From: Octopus vulgaris
Lineage: Eukaryota
Assembly (NCBI GenBank): GCA_951406725.2
Contig: OX597826.1
Span: 70,866,001-70,930,000, forward strand
Reading direction: 5' to 3'
Length of the DNA: 64,000 nucleotides
Part shown: piece after piece, positions 27,976 to 41,700 of the stretch
Numbering within the stretch: the first letter of the stretch is position 1
Layout of the letters: each line of letters starts with the position of its first letter
The notes under the pieces: generated by a model
Database searches by the model: none
What the model was told of the DNA's origin: nothing
What the model saw: the letters and a program-made list of their open reading frames with translations, nothing else
Made by a program: the position numbers and the translations under genes

Positions 27976-28599
27976 ATATATTTTCTGACTTATAAATGTT
28001 AAAATGTTATTTTACAAAAAGTGAATGTTTATCGACTTCAAATTATTTTAACTATTTCTTTTTCGAGTAAACATTAAAAGAAAAAGAAAAGCGTGGTGTT
28101 GTACAGTCGATGGGCATAAAATTCAAGCGCATCAAACGAAAGAAGTTGTAGTTTTCTGTGCTTTAGTAGCGGAAACTAAAGTATAATACTCGGGTTTGCG
28201 TTGCTGCTAGAGTGAAATTTTCCCAAAGTGAAGGTCAAGTGAGACCGAACAAGCACTGAATTTGATCAAGCTACTTTCTTGGCGGACGTAGATAATATAT
28301 TCTCAAATGCAGACAATTAAAATGTTTAGTTTTCTTTTTTTTTTATCCTAGCTATTTTGTAGATGCAAATATACGTTTAATCTGGAATTCGAAAATAACC
28401 AAAACTAAGATCATCTATTTTATATTATATTATATTATATTATATTATATTATATTATTATATTGTGTAAATGTGCATATGTATGCATGTATATATGTAT
28501 ATATATATTTATATATCTATCTATATATATATATATTATATATAATATAATATATATAATATATCTATGCACACACACACACATTATATATATATATAC

Positions 28600-28661
<62 letters not shown>

Positions 28662-28665
<4 letters not shown>

Positions 28666-28873
28666 GTTAGCACGCCGGGCGAAATGCGTAGCCGTATTTC
28701 GTCTGCCGTTACGTTGTGAGTTCAAATTCCGCCGAGGTCGACTTTGCCTTTCATCCTTTCGGGGTCGGTAAATTAAGTACCGGTTACGCACTGGAGTCGA
28801 TGTAATCGACTTAATACTTATGTCTGTCCTTGTTTATCCCCTCTATGTTTAGCCCTTTGTGGATAGTAAAGAA

Positions 28874-28876
<3 letters not shown>
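28662..28876 (+). mobile_element. SINE family C
   Basis: Same body as 17754, 5' end lost in (AT)n. Confidence 0.85.
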
Positions 28877-28910
<34 letters not shown>

Positions 28911-29125
28911 CATGTGCATAAATACACACACACACATATATATATATACATGTGTGTGTGTGTGTGTGTGTGTCTGTGTGTCTGTGTGTCGTGGCTGTGT
29001 GATAAGAAGTTTGTTTCCCAACCATATGTTCAGTTCCATTACGTGGTATCTTGGGCAAATGTCATCTACTTTGGTTTCAGACAGACCAAAGTGAATTTGG
29101 TAAACTGAAACGGAAAGAGACCGTC

Positions 29126-29186
<61 letters not shown>

Positions 29187-29313
29187 GTTGAATTATATTT
29201 CATGCTTTACTTAGGAGGGTTCTAAAAGGAAATTTCTAACAAAGATTCTTCATATTTTGCTGGTAGCTTACTGGCGTAAGATTTTTGAGAATATGAAAAG
29301 ATTTCATGTATAT

Positions 29314-29482
29314 GGTGTGTTATGAGAATTTATGGAAAGGTACCCCATAGAACTCAACAACTTTGTTAAAAACGCAGAACAGAAGATGTTAAAATTCTTT
29401 CAAATTTGAACATCTTTTCTCCATTTTTAACAAATTTGTTGAGTTTTATGGGATACCTTTCTATAAATTCTCATAACACACC
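29314..29482. repeat. Imperfect fold-back inverted repeat (~80-bp arms), MITE-like
   Basis: ggtgtgttatgagaatttatggaaaggtaccccatagaactcaacaac is mirrored by gttgagttttatgggatacctttctataaattctcataacacacc. Confidence 0.8.
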
Positions 29483-29913
29483 GACCAAAGCCTTGTGAGT
29501 GGATTTGGTAGATGGAAACTGGAAGAAGACCGTTGTATATAGCCTGAGGCTGTAGTAGAAGACAATTACCCAAGGTGCCACGCAGGAAACTGAACCCGGA
29601 GCCAAATGGTTGGGAAGCAAGCATCTTACCACACAGCCACGCATGCGCATGTTATTCTTTTGGCAAATTTTCAGTTTTTGTTAAATTTTCCGGTTGTGAT
29701 GATTTAAAAAAAAAAATGTCTTTTAGTTTCCATCTGCCAAATCCACTTACAAGGCTTTGATCAGCATAAGTCAATAGCAGAATACACTAGCCAAAGTTGC
29801 CACGCAGTGGGACCGAACCCCGAACCATATGGTTAGGAAGCAAGCTTCTTACCACACAGCCATATATGAATATAAGTTAAAATGTATATATTTGTATATA
29901 TATATATATATAT

Positions 29914-29996
<83 letters not shown>

Positions 29997-29997
<1 letters not shown>

Positions 29998-31402
29998 AGG
30001 GGTGTCTAAAAGACACTAACATGCCGAAATAGCAGTCGAAACACTGACTATAGTACCACGTTAAATGTTCATATCGCACCATGAGGTAAAGCGGAGGGAC
30101 AAAACATACAAGCAAAAATTATTGAATAATTCAAGATCCAAGGATTTCTGGTTCTGCTTTAGATAAGCTTTACCGTCATCAATTGAATATATCATGGGTA
30201 CATAAATACAGATATATATATGCACAGCAAACGATATACTTACATACACGAGCGCCGTACATACATACATATGCACGTATGGACACAGCCAGTTTGAATC
30301 GCCCGCCAAATCACCGCATAAGTACGATATGGTTAAAATAAGCACCGCAGTGAATATAATAACGAATTATATAAATTTATATATGAGGATAATATCGATA
30401 TTTAAGTGTCGAAATTATCAAGTGGCCAGCATGAAAGAAATACCTTACAAAGGTAAAAAAATTATTATATTCACTGCGGTGCTTATTTTAACCATATCGT
30501 ACTTATGCGGTGATTTGGCGGGCGATTCAAACTGGCTGTGTCCATACGTGCATATGTATGTATGTACGGCGCTCGTGTATGTAAGTATATCATTTGCTGT
30601 GCATATATATATCTGTATTTATGTACCCTTGATATATTCAATTGATGACGGTAAAGCTTATCTAAAGCAGAACCAGAAATCCTTGGATCTTGAATTATTC
30701 AATAATTTTTGCTTGTATGTTTTGTCCCTCCGCTTTACCTCATGGTGCGATATGAACATTAACGTGGTACTATAGTCAGTGTTTCGACTGCTATTTCGGC
30801 ATGTTGGTGTCTTTTAGACACCCTCATTTTTAATTGTTAAACATTTTTTTACCTTTGTAAGGTATTTCTTTCATGCCGGCCACTTGATAATTTCGACACT
30901 TAAATATCGATATTATCCTCATATATAAATTTATATAATTCGTTATTATATTCACTGCGGTGCTTATTTTAACCATATCGTACTTATGCGGTGATTTGGC
31001 GGGCGATTCAAACTGGCTGTGTCCATACGTGCATATGTATGTATGTACGGCGCTCGTGTATGTAAGTATATCGTTTGCTGTGCATATATATATCTGTATT
31101 TATGTACCCTTGATATATTCATTTGATGACGGTAAAGCTTATCTAAAGCAGAACCAGAAATCCCTGGATCTTGAATTATTCAATAATTTTTGCTTGTATG
31201 TTTTGTCCCTCCGCTTTACCTCATGGTGCGATATGAACATTTAACGTGGTACTATAGTCAGTGTTTCGACTGCTATTTCGGCATGTTGGTGTCTTTTAGA
31301 CACCCTCATTTTTAATTGTTAAAAATTTTTTTACCTTTGTAAGGTATTTCTTTCATGCTGGCCACTTGATAATTTCGACACTTAAATATCGATATTATCC
31401 TC

Positions 31403-31410
<8 letters not shown>
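29997..31410. mobile_element. 481-bp unit: one inverted plus two tandem copies, each with a hammerhead (Penelope pLTR or retrozyme-like)
   Basis: 29997-30462 is the reverse complement of the unit repeated directly at about 30463-30943 and 30944-31410; only a few substitutions between copies; embedded in (AT)n on both sides. Confidence 0.85.
30636..30695 (+). ncRNA. Type I hammerhead motif, UUGAUGA core variant (also 30129-30188 minus and 31117-31176 plus)
   Basis: ATTCAA-TTGATGA-cGGTaaaGCTTatctaAAGCagaACCa-GAAA-TCC(tt)GGA-TC-TTGAAT; AUC cleavage triplet. Confidence 0.7.
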
Positions 31411-31454
<44 letters not shown>

Positions 31455-31468
31455 ACATATATATATGC

Positions 31469-31549
<81 letters not shown>

Positions 31550-31622
31550 GAGCAAAAGTGAACGTACGCCGCTATATGTATGTATAAATCCCAAAAATTG
31601 AACAAGAACGCATCAGACGACA

Positions 31623-31707
<85 letters not shown>

Positions 31708-31785
31708 TACATGCATACATACATATATAATATATATACACACACACACATATATATATATATATACCTACCTATATATATGCAT

Positions 31786-31835
<50 letters not shown>

Positions 31836-32714
31836 GTATATATATAGGTAGGTAGATAGGTAGGTAAGTTGGTCGGTAGGTAGGTAGGTAGGTAGGCAGG
31901 TATACGCACGGATACGTTATAAAATCATATGGATTTGCTTGTGTGTATACATAGATAAGTAGGAAGATACCTGACGAGAGAAAAGATCAATCACTCTTTG
32001 TGAATGGCAGAAAATGGATTGTCTCTAACTTTCACCAAACCAACAATAAAATGAATAAGTAACAACCACAATGTTCTGAGAAAATACAGAGAATGGTTTT
32101 AAAGGTTATGTGTGTGCTCATACACACACACACATTTTTATATGTTTTATAGATTTACAATGCTCTTCTTTAAACGCTGTTCTTTCTCTTATTGTTAACT
32201 GCACACTCATCATGCTTTTATTTTCATATAAATGCTTTATCCTACATATCAAACATCGGTGACGTGATCAGCGACAATTGCAGGGTTCTGAGTTATAGGA
32301 AACCACAATCTCAGCATTATTGTAAATATTTGTGTTCTCCATTTTGTTTAGTACATTTATCCGCCCGTTGCATGATTCGGAAGTATATCGATGGTGTAAA
32401 TATAAACACACACCTGTAAGGAGCGTATGTTTATATATGTTTGTGTGTGAGTAAGTGCTGTATGGTTGTATGGTAAAGGAGTTCGCTTTGAAGGCATATA
32501 TACATATGTGACTCTTTAATCCCTACATATTTTTTTCTCTTACCGTAATTTTTTCGTTTTCTCACTATTTTTTTTCCTCTCAAATCTTTATGTCGAAGGC
32601 CGTAGGAACGAAACGTCAAAGACTTTTCTATTTAAATTTATACACTTGCTTGTTGTTACATCACCCGTCATCGTGTTTTGCTTTTTGGAAATTTGAAATA
32701 TATCTATCTATATA

Positions 32715-32809
<95 letters not shown>

Positions 32810-32811
32810 TA

Positions 32812-33175
32812 AGTGTAGGAGTGGCTGTGTGGTGAGTAGCTTGCTTACCAGCCACTTGGTTCCGGGTTCTTGGGCAATTGCTTTCTACTATAGCCTGGGG
32901 CCAACCAAAGCCTTGTGAGAGGATTTGGCAGAGGGAAACTGAAAGAAGCCCGTCGTATATGTGTGTGTGTGTGTCTGTGTCTGTGTTTGTCCCCAACATC
33001 GCTTGACAACCGATGCTGGTGTGTTTACGTCCCCGTAACTTAGCGGTTCGGCAAAAGAGACCGATAGAATAAGTACTAGGCTTACAAAGAATAAGTCCTG
33101 GGATCAATTTGCTCGACCAAAGGCGGTGCTCCAGAATGGCCACAGGCACATAGCTGAAACAAGTAAAAGGTAAAA
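32812..33175 (+). mobile_element. SINE family B
   Basis: Matches 7317-7729 with a small deletion after the B box. Confidence 0.88.
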
Positions 33176-33183
33176 GTGAGTAA

Positions 33184-33228
<45 letters not shown>

Positions 33229-34156
33229 ATAGATAGATAGATAGATAGACAGATATCATGCCTCGGCGTGGCTTCACCCTATGGTTGTAATCAATAACAG
33301 AACAGTATACATATCTGTCTTATGTGTACGACGTGAGTGTGTGTGTATGTTTGTGCGTGTGTACGTGCGTGCGTGTATGTGTGTATATCTGTGTATGTGC
33401 ATGTGTGTGTGTTTACAACGTGACAAACATTGGAAGGAAAATGTAAACGAGCAGCCATCAGTTTGCAATGAAATCTCTCGTTCCGTCCATTATGTCCTTG
33501 ACGATCTTCCTCCTTGTATTACGGCCTCGCCTGTTTAACCAACTTCTTCACAGCCTCCTCCTCCTGCTACTACTACTCTTCCCCCCTCTTGCTCCTCTTG
33601 GTCATTCATTTTGATGCTTTTACACATTAGTTAGATCTTACGTGCACAGAGCTGTCTTTTACTACATTAACACATGCACAACTACACACAAAGATGCTTC
33701 CGTTTTCTCACGCACCACACACACACGTACACACGTATAAGCATCTGTCTTTGTGTGTGCTTATGCCTATATATATATATGTATATATATATATATAAAT
33801 ACGTGTGTGCATTACGTGTGTGAGCGTGCGCGCGTATGTGCATATACCTTCATATATTTTTATAACACACATATATATATATATACATATATATATATAC
33901 ATATATACATATACATATTTGTACTTATATATTTATATATATACAGACATATATATATATTTATATGCATATATACATACATATATATACATATATACAT
34001 ATATATATATGTACATATATATTTATATATATATACATGTATATATATATATGTATATATTTTTATTTGCATGTATATATATACACATACACGTATATAT
34101 AATACATGTATATAACATGAAATTCGAAAATACCCATACATACATATATACATACA

Positions 34157-34188
<32 letters not shown>

Positions 34189-34754
34189 CACACACACATA
34201 CACACATACATACATACATACATACATACACACACACATACACACATACATACATACATACATACATACATACATACATACATACATGCATACATACATA
34301 CACACATACACACATACATACATACATACATACATACATACATACATACATACATACATGCTCGCATGTTTAATCCCCGTATCTTTTGTATCTGAACAAC
34401 CAAGCCTCTATGATAATACGTAGGGAAAGTTTAACCGCCTTTAATCGCGCGCGTAGGTGTTTGCATGTGTGTATTCCTGTTGTTCTTCTCAGTATGTGTG
34501 TGTGTGTGCGTGTGTTTGTGTGTGTGTGCATATCAAAGAATAAAAAAAAAAGCGTTTTTCTCTTTTTTCCTTATCGAATCGATTCGATCTGTTGGTAATG
34601 CACATTTCTTATAAATACCTACGGTTTAATTATTCTTTAAGAGCTTCTCAACATGAGATAATAAAAAAGCACCATCTATGCTTTATGCTACATTGTATTA
34701 TACACATGTGCGTGTAGCGAGGCATGTGCGTGCATGTTCCAATGTATGTATATC

Positions 34755-34838
<84 letters not shown>

Positions 34839-34938
34839 GTCTGTCTATCTATCTATCTTTCTATCTATATATGTATCTATCTAATGTATGTATGTATGTA
34901 TTATGTAAACATGCCCGTATATCCGTGTGTGTGTCTAC

Positions 34939-34977
<39 letters not shown>

Positions 34978-35084
34978 TACATACAGATTGATCGATAGAT
35001 AAATAGATAGATAGACTGATAGATAGATAGATAGATAGACAAACAGACAGACATTTAGATAGACAGACAGACAGACATACAGAC

Positions 35085-35127
<43 letters not shown>

Positions 35128-35132
35128 CAGAC

Positions 35133-35199
<67 letters not shown>

Positions 35200-35200
35200 C

Positions 35201-35296
<96 letters not shown>

Positions 35297-35647
35297 GTGA
35301 ATGAATGCATGTTACTGCGTAGAAACATGGAGGAAATTTATTCAATTTGCTGAATAAACATTGAATTGAATTTGGAATTTCAATGAAGTCGGTTGTCAGG
35401 AGTTAACCATTAGAGCGAAACTCGGAGTGGTGTAAGTGAAACTTCACTTTCTATCAAATGTGTGTGTGTGTGTGTGTGTAGTGGTGGAGGGCGTAATAAA
35501 TACATTCGTATGCATATACATATATAACTATATATTTGTATTTTTTTAAATATATAATTAATATCGAAAATAATATATGGATATTATGTATGTATTCATT
35601 TAATTATAAATATTAGCAATTCGCAAAAGAAGAAGACACTAGGAAAG

Positions 35648-35694
<47 letters not shown>

Positions 35695-35726
35695 TACAAA
35701 CATACATATATATATATGCATATACA

Positions 35727-35767
<41 letters not shown>

Positions 35768-37265
35768 GCACACATGCATATATGTACATAACAAAAAGAT
35801 GTGAGTATAGCATGATATATGCACGAGTGGTTGTGTGTACCTGAATAGTATAGTCTGCTTTCTGTGTGGTTGCAGTTTTCGTTTTATGTACGTGTATCTA
35901 GTTTGCTTGTGTATAGAAATCCACTATCGATGCCTCCTCCATTCAGAGAAAATGTTTGTGAGTTGAAATCTTGATGGGTGTTCTATTTATAGCCCGGCCC
36001 TCTCCAGCCCTTCCATTCTTCACCTATCAACCATCCTCTCTCACTCTCTTAGCCTCTAATTCAATCTACTTCGACACGGAATGTGTTAGCATCAGTATAA
36101 TAGTATTTTGTTTTGTACAGAAACGGCTAGGAAGTTGCCAAAATTAATACAAACCAACTAGACAGCAATTCACCGCAAATGTGTTCGGCGAATATTTCGT
36201 AAAGGTAATGCTTCGGTTTATCGATCGATAACTGCGGATTCTATAGATTTATCTAGGTGGAAAACTTGACAAATCTATCGACAATCTTCTCCTACATTTC
36301 TTCTCTTCTCTCTATCTGTCTCACTGAAAAAAAATATATATCTGCTGTACTGATGCTATTTCAACGGCTGTTATCTTTATAAAAAAATTAATAATAATAA
36401 AATTTAGAAAGAAAACCTTTTAGTCTTTGCTGTTCAATTTAGGTTCTATTGTTAGCGGCTTGCATCAGACATCAATGCATATTTCATATATTTTCGGTTA
36501 TACTAGCATAGACCGCTGTCTCAGTGACTTTATGCTATTAGTTTGTCTACGGTTCTAGCCTTAGTCTCTCTCAATCATGACTTGCGTTATCATGTATACT
36601 TAATTCTATTTTTAACTTAGTCCAGTACTATATAGCAAACTGAGACCATTAATTTAAGCCGTCTCAATTGATTTGGACCGACAGCTTATCTATCCTACTT
36701 TTAGTACAGTTATCTGGGTGTCATCCATGGCTGTGTGGTTAAGAAGAGCATTTCGACAATAATTGGTTTCTGGTTCGAATCCGGCCTAATTCTACATGGA
36801 AACATATCAGAAACTTAGGCATAGCTTTGGTTTAACCAATGCCTTTGTAAATGAAGTTAAGTGGACGTAAATTGTGTAGAAACCTGTTTGAAAGAACATT
36901 CATGTTGTTGGACAGTAGACTTAATTCGTCGTCCTGCTTAACACCATTTTAGCGGAGCTTGCTGTTTGGAAACTTGCATAACGGGTCTCTGAACAGCTGG
37001 TATTTCTCTTTTCCATTTGTCTTCCAAGATCCAGTCTAAAAACGCTAACCTTCATCCACATACTGGATCTAAGTGTAGACCTGTGTCATAAATTTAAATA
37101 TCTTGCACCAACGCCAGAAAAAGCAATGGAGTTCTCTTCAAATCACATCCAAGTTTGGTTAGGATTTTTGTGTTTAGTTTTGCAAGATTCTTTATATGAA
37201 CTCGTGTGTTGAAACAAATTTTGGTGTTTCTCGAGAAGATCAATATGCTAATAATAAAATATATA

Positions 37266-37625
37266 CTCTGTCCCTCTGTGTTTAGCCCCTTGTGGGTAAT
37301 AAAGAAATAGGCATTTCATCTGTTGTTACGTTCTGAGTTCAAATTCCGCCGAGGTCGACTTTGTCTTTCATCCTTTCGGGGTCGATTAATTAAGTACAAT
37401 TTACACACAGGGGTCAATGTAATCGACTTAATCCGTTTGTCTGTCCTCCTCTCTGTGTTTAGCCCCTTGTGGGTAGTACAGAAATAGGTATTTCGTCCGT
37501 CCATATGTTGTGGGTTCAAATTCCGCTGAGGTTCGACTTTTGCCTTTCATCCTTTCGGGGTCGATGAAATAAATACCAGTTACCCTTTCCCCTGAAATTT
37601 CAGGTATTGCGCCTATAGTAGAAAG
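37266..37625 (+). mobile_element. SINE family C, tandem 3' units
   Basis: tgtgtttagccccttgtggg and the ctttcatcctttcggggtcgat block are each repeated twice. Confidence 0.8.
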
Positions 37626-38561
37626 GAGCATAAGTCAATTCGTTAACCGTCAGTCAAATAACTAATCGTTTGTTTAATAAATCATTCGACCAATCACCTA
37701 CGTTTATCAAAGTCCTTCCGTCAACATTAGCGTTACAAATATGACAGAACACATTAGATAAATGTGAGCCTAAATACCTCCAAAGCTGTGTGATAGTCCC
37801 GCTTTGAAAGCCTTTAATCCCAGGTCTGCTCTTCCGGGGTTGTCATGTGGCCAATCAATAACAGCTGTCACTTGATCTCCGAATATCTTCATTCAAGACA
37901 GTCCGTATCCAGTTTAGAGCAGTAATGTCAATAAATACTGCTTTCATTTAGTGATTTTATACTTCCATTACGCATGTAATTCATATTCCTTTCAGACCTG
38001 CAAGCTATAATTAAATTTACACCTACTATCCGTCTAATATCATTTTAGGCTAAGAATCAATATTCAAATATATTTATAACGTAAGGCAGGACAGCCTCGC
38101 AGAGGTTGTCTGTACTTTTCGAAGTTAGAAAATCTTTCATCTGTCACCCAGTTGACTAAACAATGTACAGCTATAAGTATTGCGTATATTTGGCTATTAT
38201 TTTTAGCAGATCGAGTGACCACGTAGAGACTCTCTCTCCTTCGTTCAGTGGAATGTTAGTTTAATGCAATGCCTCAGTGTTATGGTTAATTATATTCACG
38301 AGCACGTGTGTGTGTGTGTTTGTGCACGTGCATGTGCATTGTGTATGTGTATGTATATATATATATATATATATATACAAGTATACTAGTCCCTTAATAT
38401 TTTATATTCAATATTTCATCTATTCAATAAGACAATACTTCATTTCATTTTACTATATATATAATATTTATACTATATATTCTATATTCTACATTAATAT
38501 TATAAAGAATATAAATAAAACATAAAAAAGCAGAGTTGGAATTCCTTTGAACAATATATAT

Positions 38562-38632
<71 letters not shown>

Positions 38633-38897
38633 CTTTTATCTTCCACTAGCTTCAGTCATTTAAATGCGACCATGTTGTGACACAGCCTTGAAGGGTGGGG
38701 CTTCAGTCGAACGAATCGATAGCTAATATTTATTGTTTTAAAGTCTGGTACTTATTCTATACTATCTACTACTCTTATGCTGACCTGCTAAGTCACATGT
38801 GCGGATGTAAACAAGCCATCTGCGGTTAACAAGCGATGGGGAGGGACAAACACAAAACACACACCTATAGACATATATATACAAACACACACTTGTA

Positions 38898-38951
<54 letters not shown>

Positions 38952-39065
38952 ATTTGTCTGAATGTGTATAGAATAATACATCAGTTGAATAAAATTAAAA
39001 AATGGTCTGGCTTTCACGTTCTTTATTATGGTATATTAACATTAAAAAGAATATTTTGTAATCAT

Positions 39066-39302
39066 TTATCTATTTCTTTACTGTCCACAAGAGGCTAAAC
39101 ACAGAGGGGACAAACAAAGACAGACAAATGGCTTAAGTCGATTGTATCGACCCCAGTGCGTAACTGGTACTTCTTTAATGGACCCCAGAAGGATGAAAGG
39201 CAAAGTCTACCTCTGCGGAATTTGAACTCAGTACGTAACGGTAGACGAAATACGGCTACGCATTTCGCCCGACGTGCTAACGTTTCTGCCAGCTCACCGC
39301 CT
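39066..39302 (-). mobile_element. SINE family C, monomer
   Basis: Reverse complement of 17754-17982. Confidence 0.85.
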
Positions 39303-39317
39303 TATATTTTGTAATCA

Positions 39318-39653
39318 TTTACCGATAGTGTTTTGATTCATCGACCTCAATATTTTCATCTTCATTTGCAAATTGTTTCTTTAACGTTTTGTAGCAGATC
39401 GATCCCCGTGATCGCATCATGCCTTAAGAGAAGGTTGTACCAACAAACCATTCTCTCATAGCTAGTAATCATCAGATTTCAAATGTATTTAAATGACAGT
39501 TGAGTTCTTGCCAACTGTACTACCTCTTCGACCGCCCCAGCAAGCTGAATTGACGGGATACGGTTTTGACCAATCCGCATGAAGCTTAACCGTTATGGTT
39601 TACTAGGCGTACCAACATTTTGTAATTTGTTTATATTCATATACTCTTCCCAT

Positions 39654-39727
<74 letters not shown>

Positions 39728-40463
39728 ATGTATATGTATATGTATATATATGACTATACAATTATTTGATCGAATGAACTACTTTCTCAGTGAATTAGAA
39801 TCTTAAGTGGTTGAACATTCTGTAAATGTGCTCCTAATCTATTTCTAATCCTAATCCTTAGAATTAATCTACATCCCACAGCATGACAAAGTCGAACCAT
39901 TCAGTCATAGATACCATCCATTCATCTAATGTGCTAGCTATGAGAGAATGGTCTGTTGGTACCACCTTTTCTTAAGGCATGATGCGATCACTATAAAACG
40001 TTAAAGAGACAACTAGCAAATAAAGATGAAAATATTGAGATCGATGAATCACAACAATGTGGAAGCACTCCGTCGGTTACGACGACGAGGGTTCCGGTTG
40101 ATCCGATCAACGGAACAGCCTGCTCGTGAAATTAACGTGTAAGTGGCTGAGCACTCCACAGACACGTGTACCCTTAACGTAGTTCTCGGGGATATTCAGC
40201 GTGACACAGAGAGTGACAATGCCGGCCCTTTGAAATACAGGTACAACAGAAACAGGAAGTAAGAGTGAGAGAAAGTTGTGGTGAAAGAGTACAGCAGGGA
40301 TCACCACCATCCCCTGCCGGAGCCTCGTGGAGCTTTAGGTGTTTTCGCTCAATAAACACTCACAACGCCCGGTCTGGGAATCGAAACCGCGATCCTACGA
40401 CCGCGAGTCCGCTGCCCTAACCACTGGGCCATTGCGCCTCCGCCGAATCACAACAATATCGGT
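39318..40463. mobile_element. Element with ~150-bp inverted arms; right arm split by a SINE
   Basis: 39318-39466 is mirrored by 39933-40058 plus 40458-40463 (gtgatcgcatcatgccttaag / cttaaggcatgatgcgatcac; gattcatcga / tcgatgaatc). Confidence 0.7.
40059..40444 (-). mobile_element. tRNA-derived SINE, family E, full length, with 13-bp TSD
   Basis: Minus strand head gaggcgcaatggcccagtggttaggg...ggtttcgattccc; GAATCACAACAAT at 40046-40058 and 40445-40457. Confidence 0.9.
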
Positions 40464-40594
40464 AGAACAACAGAAAGATGCATACACTGACCTGATATTG
40501 TCCTTCACATTTTGTTGTGAAAGTTAATCTAGTCCTGAAAATGTAGGAGAAAGAAGACAATTACGAACTCCTAATGGACTGCTTTAAAAAAACC

Positions 40595-40754
40595 AGGCGT
40601 AGGAGTGGCTGTGTGGTAAGTAGCTTGCTTACCAACCACATGGTTCCGGGTTCAGTCCCACTACGTGGCACCTTGGGCAAGTGTCTTCTATAGCCTCGGG
40701 ACGACCAAAGCCTTGAGAGTGGATTTGGTAGGCGGAAACTGAAAGAAGCCTGTC

Positions 40755-40805
<51 letters not shown>

Positions 40806-40832
40806 GTAGGCGGAAACTGAAAGAAGCCTGTC

Positions 40833-40876
<44 letters not shown>

Positions 40877-41163
40877 GACGTGCTTCTTTCAGTTTCCGCC
40901 TACCAAATCCACTCATATATATATATGTATGTGTGTGTATATGTTTGTGCGTCTGTGTTTGTTCCCCCAACATCGCTTGACAACCGATGCTGGTGTGTTT
41001 ACGTCCCCGTAACTTAGCGGTTCGGCAAGAGAAACCGATAGAATAAGTACTAGGCTTCCAAAGAATAAGTCTTGGGGTCGATTTGCTCGACTGAAGGCAG
41101 TGCTCCAGCATGGCTACATTCAAATGACTGAAACAAGCAAAAGAGTAAAAAAAAAAAAGAGTA
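40595..41163 (+). mobile_element. SINE family B with internal duplication and inversion
   Basis: Full head and tail present; atttggtaggcggaaactgaaagaagcctgtcgt is repeated at 40801 and inverted at 40874-40915. Confidence 0.9.
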
Positions 41164-41377
41164 CTCAAAACACGCCACTTTTATATCTACAGTTATTAGA
41201 GCAACAGGTTATGCACAACTCTACCTGAATCAAATATGATTGGACTTGGGTTCTTGTAGAAAGACTATAGCTCAGCAATTCATAACCTACGAGGTAAGCC
41301 GATGTCTAGAGTAATAAATATCACCGGAGCTTAAATTATAATATAATAGAGTGATGAATAAAATAAAAAAAATAATA

Positions 41378-41626
41378 AATGCGCCCTTTTAAAGCCTAGC
41401 TAGGCTCATGGGCCCGGTTTCCCGGTTTCAATGGCGTATGTGTTCCCCAGCTGGACGGGACGCCAGTCCATTGCAGCGTTACTCATTTTTGCCAGCTGAG
41501 TGGACTGGAGCAACGTGAAATGAAGTGTTTTGCTCAGGAACACAACGCGTCGTCCGGTGCAGAAATCAAAGCCACAATCTTACGATCACGGTGCTGACAC
41601 CCTAACCACTAAGCCACACGCCTCCA
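41378..41626 (-). mobile_element. tRNA-Arg-like SINE: family A head and body with an alternative tail
   Basis: Minus strand: gaggcgtgtggcttagtggttaggg ... ttcacgttgctccagtccactcagctg ... atggactggcgtcccgtccag ... gaaaccgggaaaccgg. Confidence 0.82.
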
Positions 41627-41637
41627 CAAATAGTGAT

Positions 41638-41700
41638 GAATAGGATAACATATAAGAATAGGATAACATATAAGAATAGGATAACATATAAGAATAGGAT
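41638..41700. repeat. 18-bp minisatellite (GAATAGGATAACATATAA) x3.5
   Basis: Direct reading. Confidence 0.95.

Noticed and set aside
30061-31244. 94-148 aa ORF repeated three times (MLILTISYLCGDLAGDSNW...)
   Set aside because: It recurs only because the DNA unit is repeated; no recognisable domain, partly microsatellite-derived, and the stop position differs between copies.
32587-32623. TCTTT...GAAACGTC-AAAGA hammerhead-like motif
   Set aside because: Stem I and the 3' half fit, but the CTGANGA core (atgtcga) and stem II are broken; at best a dead relic.
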